Below are positions 8,059 through 8,696 of a stretch of 8,696 nt of DNA, in pieces; position 1 is the stretch's first letter; each line of letters opens with the position of its first letter. Under the pieces are notes generated by a model, which worked only from the letters and a program-made list of their open reading frames with translations, ran no database searches and was not told the origin of the DNA. The stretch is taken from NCBI RefSeq assembly GCF_006345805.1, contig NW_021828366.1, positions 1 through 8,696 of the forward strand, read 5' to 3'. Origin of the DNA: Octopus sinensis. Lineage: Eukaryota. The position numbers and the translations under genes were made by a program.

Positions 8059-8696
8059 TCAAGCATTAGATTTGTTAAGGAGAATAGGAGATATACTAGA
8101 ATAATAATTGTTGATATCAAATTGTATAAACAAGTAATTACGTATATTTTCAATAGATTTGAACCAATGTATCATTTCCTCAGTATTTCTCCATAATCTA
8201 AGATATAGATTAGGAACTATTATGGTCAGTATAGTATGCAGAATGGATTTACTAAGTCAACTACTATCAGGTTTAGTCGAGCAAATCAGTCTAACTGCAG
8301 AATTGTTTTGGAAGTTCTTGAGGTTAATCCTGGTTCTTGAAGTTAATCCTTGGTTCATTTGGTTTCAAGGGTTCTGTTCTATTCACTAAGTCGTAATCCA
8401 TCATAATTTTTCTAATTTCTAAGTTGATGTCCAAGGGATTCTATTTCGTCGTTATTTTATATTTAGCGTTAAGCTCCTTCTCTATTAGTCTTCTACAGGT
8501 ATTATAATCCAGTCTATACAAATTCCCAGTTTTATCCACCGGCACAGTGTTTGTTCTGTAGCGTTTTAATAAAGTTCCGAAGTTTCCTCAGGTATAAGTT
8601 TCATCTGAGCGAGTGTTCCTTGAATTTTATATTAGATATTAGTTCGAATAAATCTTTTTCAAAATATTCCAGTAATGGGCTAGGTGGATGAGTTTT
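8059..8696 (-). pseudogene. Decayed Penelope-like element reverse transcriptase (N-terminal RT region), continuing beyond the window
   Basis: PPSPLLEYFEKDLFELISNIKF ... VPVDKTGNLYRLDY ... NFQNNSAVRLICSTK ... LWRNTEEMIHWFKSI...FIQFDINNYYSSIS. Matches the PLE motifs FE.DL..LI..I.F, DKT.N.Y, RLI, W.NT..VI.WF and FDI..FYPSI. Stops at 8603, 8443, 8259 and 8061; frameshifts near 8545 and 8330. Confidence 0.85.

Noticed and set aside
8159-8389. + strand 76-aa ORF
   Set aside because: Antisense shadow of the PLE RT pseudogene.

Overview
Repeat-dense, non-coding eukaryotic DNA with no intact protein-coding gene. The SINE families and the TA/TATG/CA microsatellite load resemble octopod cephalopod (Octopus-like) genomes; this is recognition from memory, not a database result. 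Contents: (i) an unexplained ~21% GC block at 1-1130; (ii) a cluster of Penelope-like element (PLE) remnants embedded in (TA)n tracts at 1166-2117, including two minus-strand type I hammerhead-ribozyme folds, a GIY-YIG C-terminal remnant and a perfect 28-bp palindrome; (iii) many tRNA-derived SINE pieces, including a CORE-SINE apparently nested in another SINE; (iv) a mariner-derived MITE; (v) a decayed PLE reverse transcriptase running off the right end. The best candidate for an interesting system is the pair of co-oriented hammerheads flanking a (TA)n tract, which could excise a ~382-nt retrozyme-like RNA. All counts and folds were done by hand.
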